Shown piece by piece: positions 61,133 to 64,000 of a stretch of 64,000 bases of DNA. This DNA is from Balanoglossus misakiensis (lineage: Eukaryota > Animalia > Hemichordata). Made by a program: the position numbers and the translations under genes. Every line of letters begins with the position of its first letter. Positions within the stretch are counted from its first letter, which is position 1. The stretch spans positions 2,234,635 through 2,298,634 of the forward strand of contig CM082595.2 in the NCBI GenBank assembly GCA_040954595.2, written 5' to 3'. The notes below the pieces were generated by a model that was given only the letters and a program-made list of their open reading frames with translations, was not told where the DNA came from and did not search any database.

Positions 61133-64000
61133 TTAAGGTGGCAATTACTGTTTGTAGGGACTATAGATAATGCTGGATCCATTGTTGGTTAAAACCCAGT
61201 ATGCCACGCCATATGGGAACCCATCAATTGATAATTGTTTATTAATATGACCACATCATTGATCAGTACACAGGGTTATTTCTCTGTGGATTTTTGAGTG
61301 AAATTTTAGTAGTTTGTCAACTACTACCTAGCTCGATTAATCAAGTTATTGATAATTTCCTTAATTGGCAGCTTTTAATGACATATTGTTCTTAGTTGAA
61401 CAATTATTCGTAAAAAACTAACATCCGCTTGGCAGAGCATTTGAAATTATATAGAACAGACTGACTGAAACAAAGCCTTGATTGCTTGAAGAGTCTAAGA
61501 ATCTTGTCTCGAAGGGGCATTAAATCTTGTGATGAGTTCTGTGAAACTAGAAGAAGATCTCACTGTATTAAACGAAGATTTCTTCCTTCATTATATCAGT
61601 TCACACTGACTCAAATGATGGGCTTTTCCGTGACGACCGCCATGACGCACGTGAACTGTGAACTTTGAACTCTGGCGTGCGTTGTTATATGTGCCAAACC
61701 CCTACCGGTCAAGTTGATATTGCATTAACAATGCACGGTGCACTTTCCGTCGAACGACTAACCCGTCTACTATAACGTCACCCGGACGCGGTGATCTTGC
61801 CAAGTAGCAGTTTGAGTCGCTCGCTCACGCTCTGACACAGAACCATTTAGAAGAAAATTGAAGCTGACAGATGTAATTGTTGAGGGCATATAGATTGCCG
61901 ACTGCAGCAGCTGATCAGGTTCCTGCAAGCGACGAAATATCAAATGAAGGAACGTTAGCTGCGCTCTGTGTTGCGTAATTGCTCATCTTTGTCAAACCGA
62001 CACATCATAATACCGACGTAATTTTGTTCTCCATCCTTGCCCTACGCACATATATCCTCTAGCTCAGTATCTGTCTTCAATTTTCATGTATCACTCAGTA
62101 ATACTCTGCAGTACCATAGGACCAGCAGTTGTAAGCTTTGGAGTTGATATTCAATATGTTATGTGGACCAAATACAGTAGTTTATATGGGTCCACACAGG
62201 AAAAAGATAGTCATAGTATTTTTAAAAGAAAATTACAGGTTGAGTTAGTTGTAGAGCCGATTGTACTTGCGTGTGAATAACATGTAACCGAGATTGTCTG
62301 AGTCTCCCCAGGGCCTTACATCTGTCACCGTTTGACACTCGCTAGTCATTTAGATTACAGACAAATCATACCTGGAAGTGAAACATGTACAATCAAGGTT
62401 GTCGGTTATCCGCTAGCCATACATCTGCCACTGTTTAATTCTCACCAATGGTCTAAATTAGAGCCAATACATTATACCTGCAAGATGTACTTTATAATAT
62501 CATACAGCTAGGATCTTCACTGCTGTGTATAGCTTAAAGCTGATCTTAGTTGTTCGAGAGAGTATGTTACTATTGCAGGACAGCTTAAGTGTTTGTCGTG
62601 TGCACACATCTCTCGGACAAGCGAGGACAACAACACACGTAATATATCGCCCACTAGAAGTACAGTTCACGAGAAGGTGACTGAAGTCAGCGCAAAGAAT
62701 TTAAACAATTCAAAAGCATCGGCAAATATTGATCTTCATTGGACCTTTGGTGTATAATTGTCAGCCGACTTTACATTGTAGCTACTCCTCGTAATCGTTA
62801 ACAAACAATCCCGCTTCCAATTATGGTTTGATAACAGGTCATATCAATGTACAGAATGTATTGATGTGGTTGGAGATGTCCTTAAATGTACATATATTTG
62901 AAGGAAGCTTCTGGCAATGCTTGGACGTGTCCCCCTGCTCTGCTATCCATGTTTTTCACAAAGTGGGTGATTCAGTGTTCCAGTTGTAGAAAGGGTTCTA
63001 GGATGGTCACCCCCTGTACGTATCGATCTGACTAACCCTGTAGTCCTAATGTGGGTGGGAAATGTCCAGGCGATAATATCCAGGGGTAACCCATCTTGAT
63101 ACTGTAAGAACTTTTGAATTATCATTTGTTGTCTGCTAAACTGATAACTTAATTGTTGTGTGAGGGATCAGAGTTTGATATAATCCGACTTCTTTACGTA
63201 TCATGACCTGATGATTGATAAAGTTCACCTGAATGGCCAGACGAGTTGATGACTCTCAAACCTCGACAAATAAACCAACCACTCCCATTAATACCTGTGT
63301 GACTCATTGGATGCAGTGATTTGTACCAGACTTCTTAATGACCGAGAGCCGTACTGATTTGCATGGGTCGTCCTCTGTCCTCTCAAAATCAGAGGAATGA
63401 TTCTTTGTTCTCAGTGCCGTCACAACGCTGACCCCAGTCAGCCCTACCCCCACCCACCTGCAGTGACCCCCCCACTCCCCGCAGTGGTCAGTTAGGTGTG
63501 ATGGAATATACCAGATGATCATGCCAGTTTAAATTGAGTTCCAGGTAGGAATGTTCTATTTTAAACACATACATGTTCATATACCTGTACACACAGTGCT
63601 GTCATATATTTTCAATTTTGAAGTTGACAAAGTACAACATGTACTCAGGGGAGACTGTAGTTGAGCTAGACAACCCGTGTGACGACAGTGAAATACAAGT
63701 ACTTCTACAGTTTGTACTAATACACCCGTCATCTGTTGCAATGAGAGAAAAATAACTGACAAATGCAGTATAGACTCGGTATAGTTGTCACAGAAACGTT
63801 CGGTCGACTCTGAGAGCGTGCCCTGCATTGACGCCGAATTACCGCAAGAATAAAAGCCAGCAGTGGATTTAGCGTGAAAGGACTAGATGACATGCTCCAG
63901 TAAGTCTTGAAGAAGGCGAGGGGCCCTCCCCCCTCCGCTGGTCAATACATGCGTGCTGCATTGGAACTGACAACCCACTCCATGCTGACAACAGCAGGCC

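Noticed and set aside
61529-61612. Box C/D snoRNA-like GTGATGA ... CTGA
   Set aside because: No convincing terminal stem or recognisable rRNA antisense element; these short boxes occur often by chance.
1-64000. CRISPR array, operon or other prokaryotic defence system
   Set aside because: No regularly spaced direct repeats with unique spacers were seen. Coding density is very low, and spliced genes plus microsatellites indicate an animal genome.

Overview
This is eukaryotic (animal) genomic DNA. It is moderately AT-rich, has spliced genes and is dense in short non-autonomous DNA transposons (MITEs). The repeat style suggests an invertebrate deuterostome, possibly a hemichordate; that is inference only. 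Two protein-coding genes are well supported, both on the minus strand: (1) a single-coding-exon GT14 core-2/I-branching beta-1,6-GlcNAc transferase (GCNT-like, 144-1628); (2) a two-exon class A GPCR of 366 aa (10650-10182 joined to 5442-4811). The GPCR has melatonin-receptor-like NRY and YFNSC motifs and an opsin-like ECL2, but no retinal lysine. A CpG-rich, probably bidirectional promoter lies at about 15.4-16.5 kb. The remaining ~48 kb holds no recognisable protein domain. It looks like the long 5' intronic/regulatory region of a plus-strand gene whose body lies beyond the window. In it are several candidate alternative first exons; some encode short phase-0 N-termini, including one resembling a myristoylation/palmitoylation signal (MGECVS) and one resembling a mitochondrial presequence. 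This is the most interesting hypothesis here and it is unverified. Also present are many RFX X-box palindromes, at least six MITE families (Kolobok-like, piggyBac-like, Tc1/mariner-like, AcademH-like, unclassified) and microsatellites. I found no CRISPR array, rRNA, tRNA or prokaryotic-type system. All alignments and counts were done by eye.
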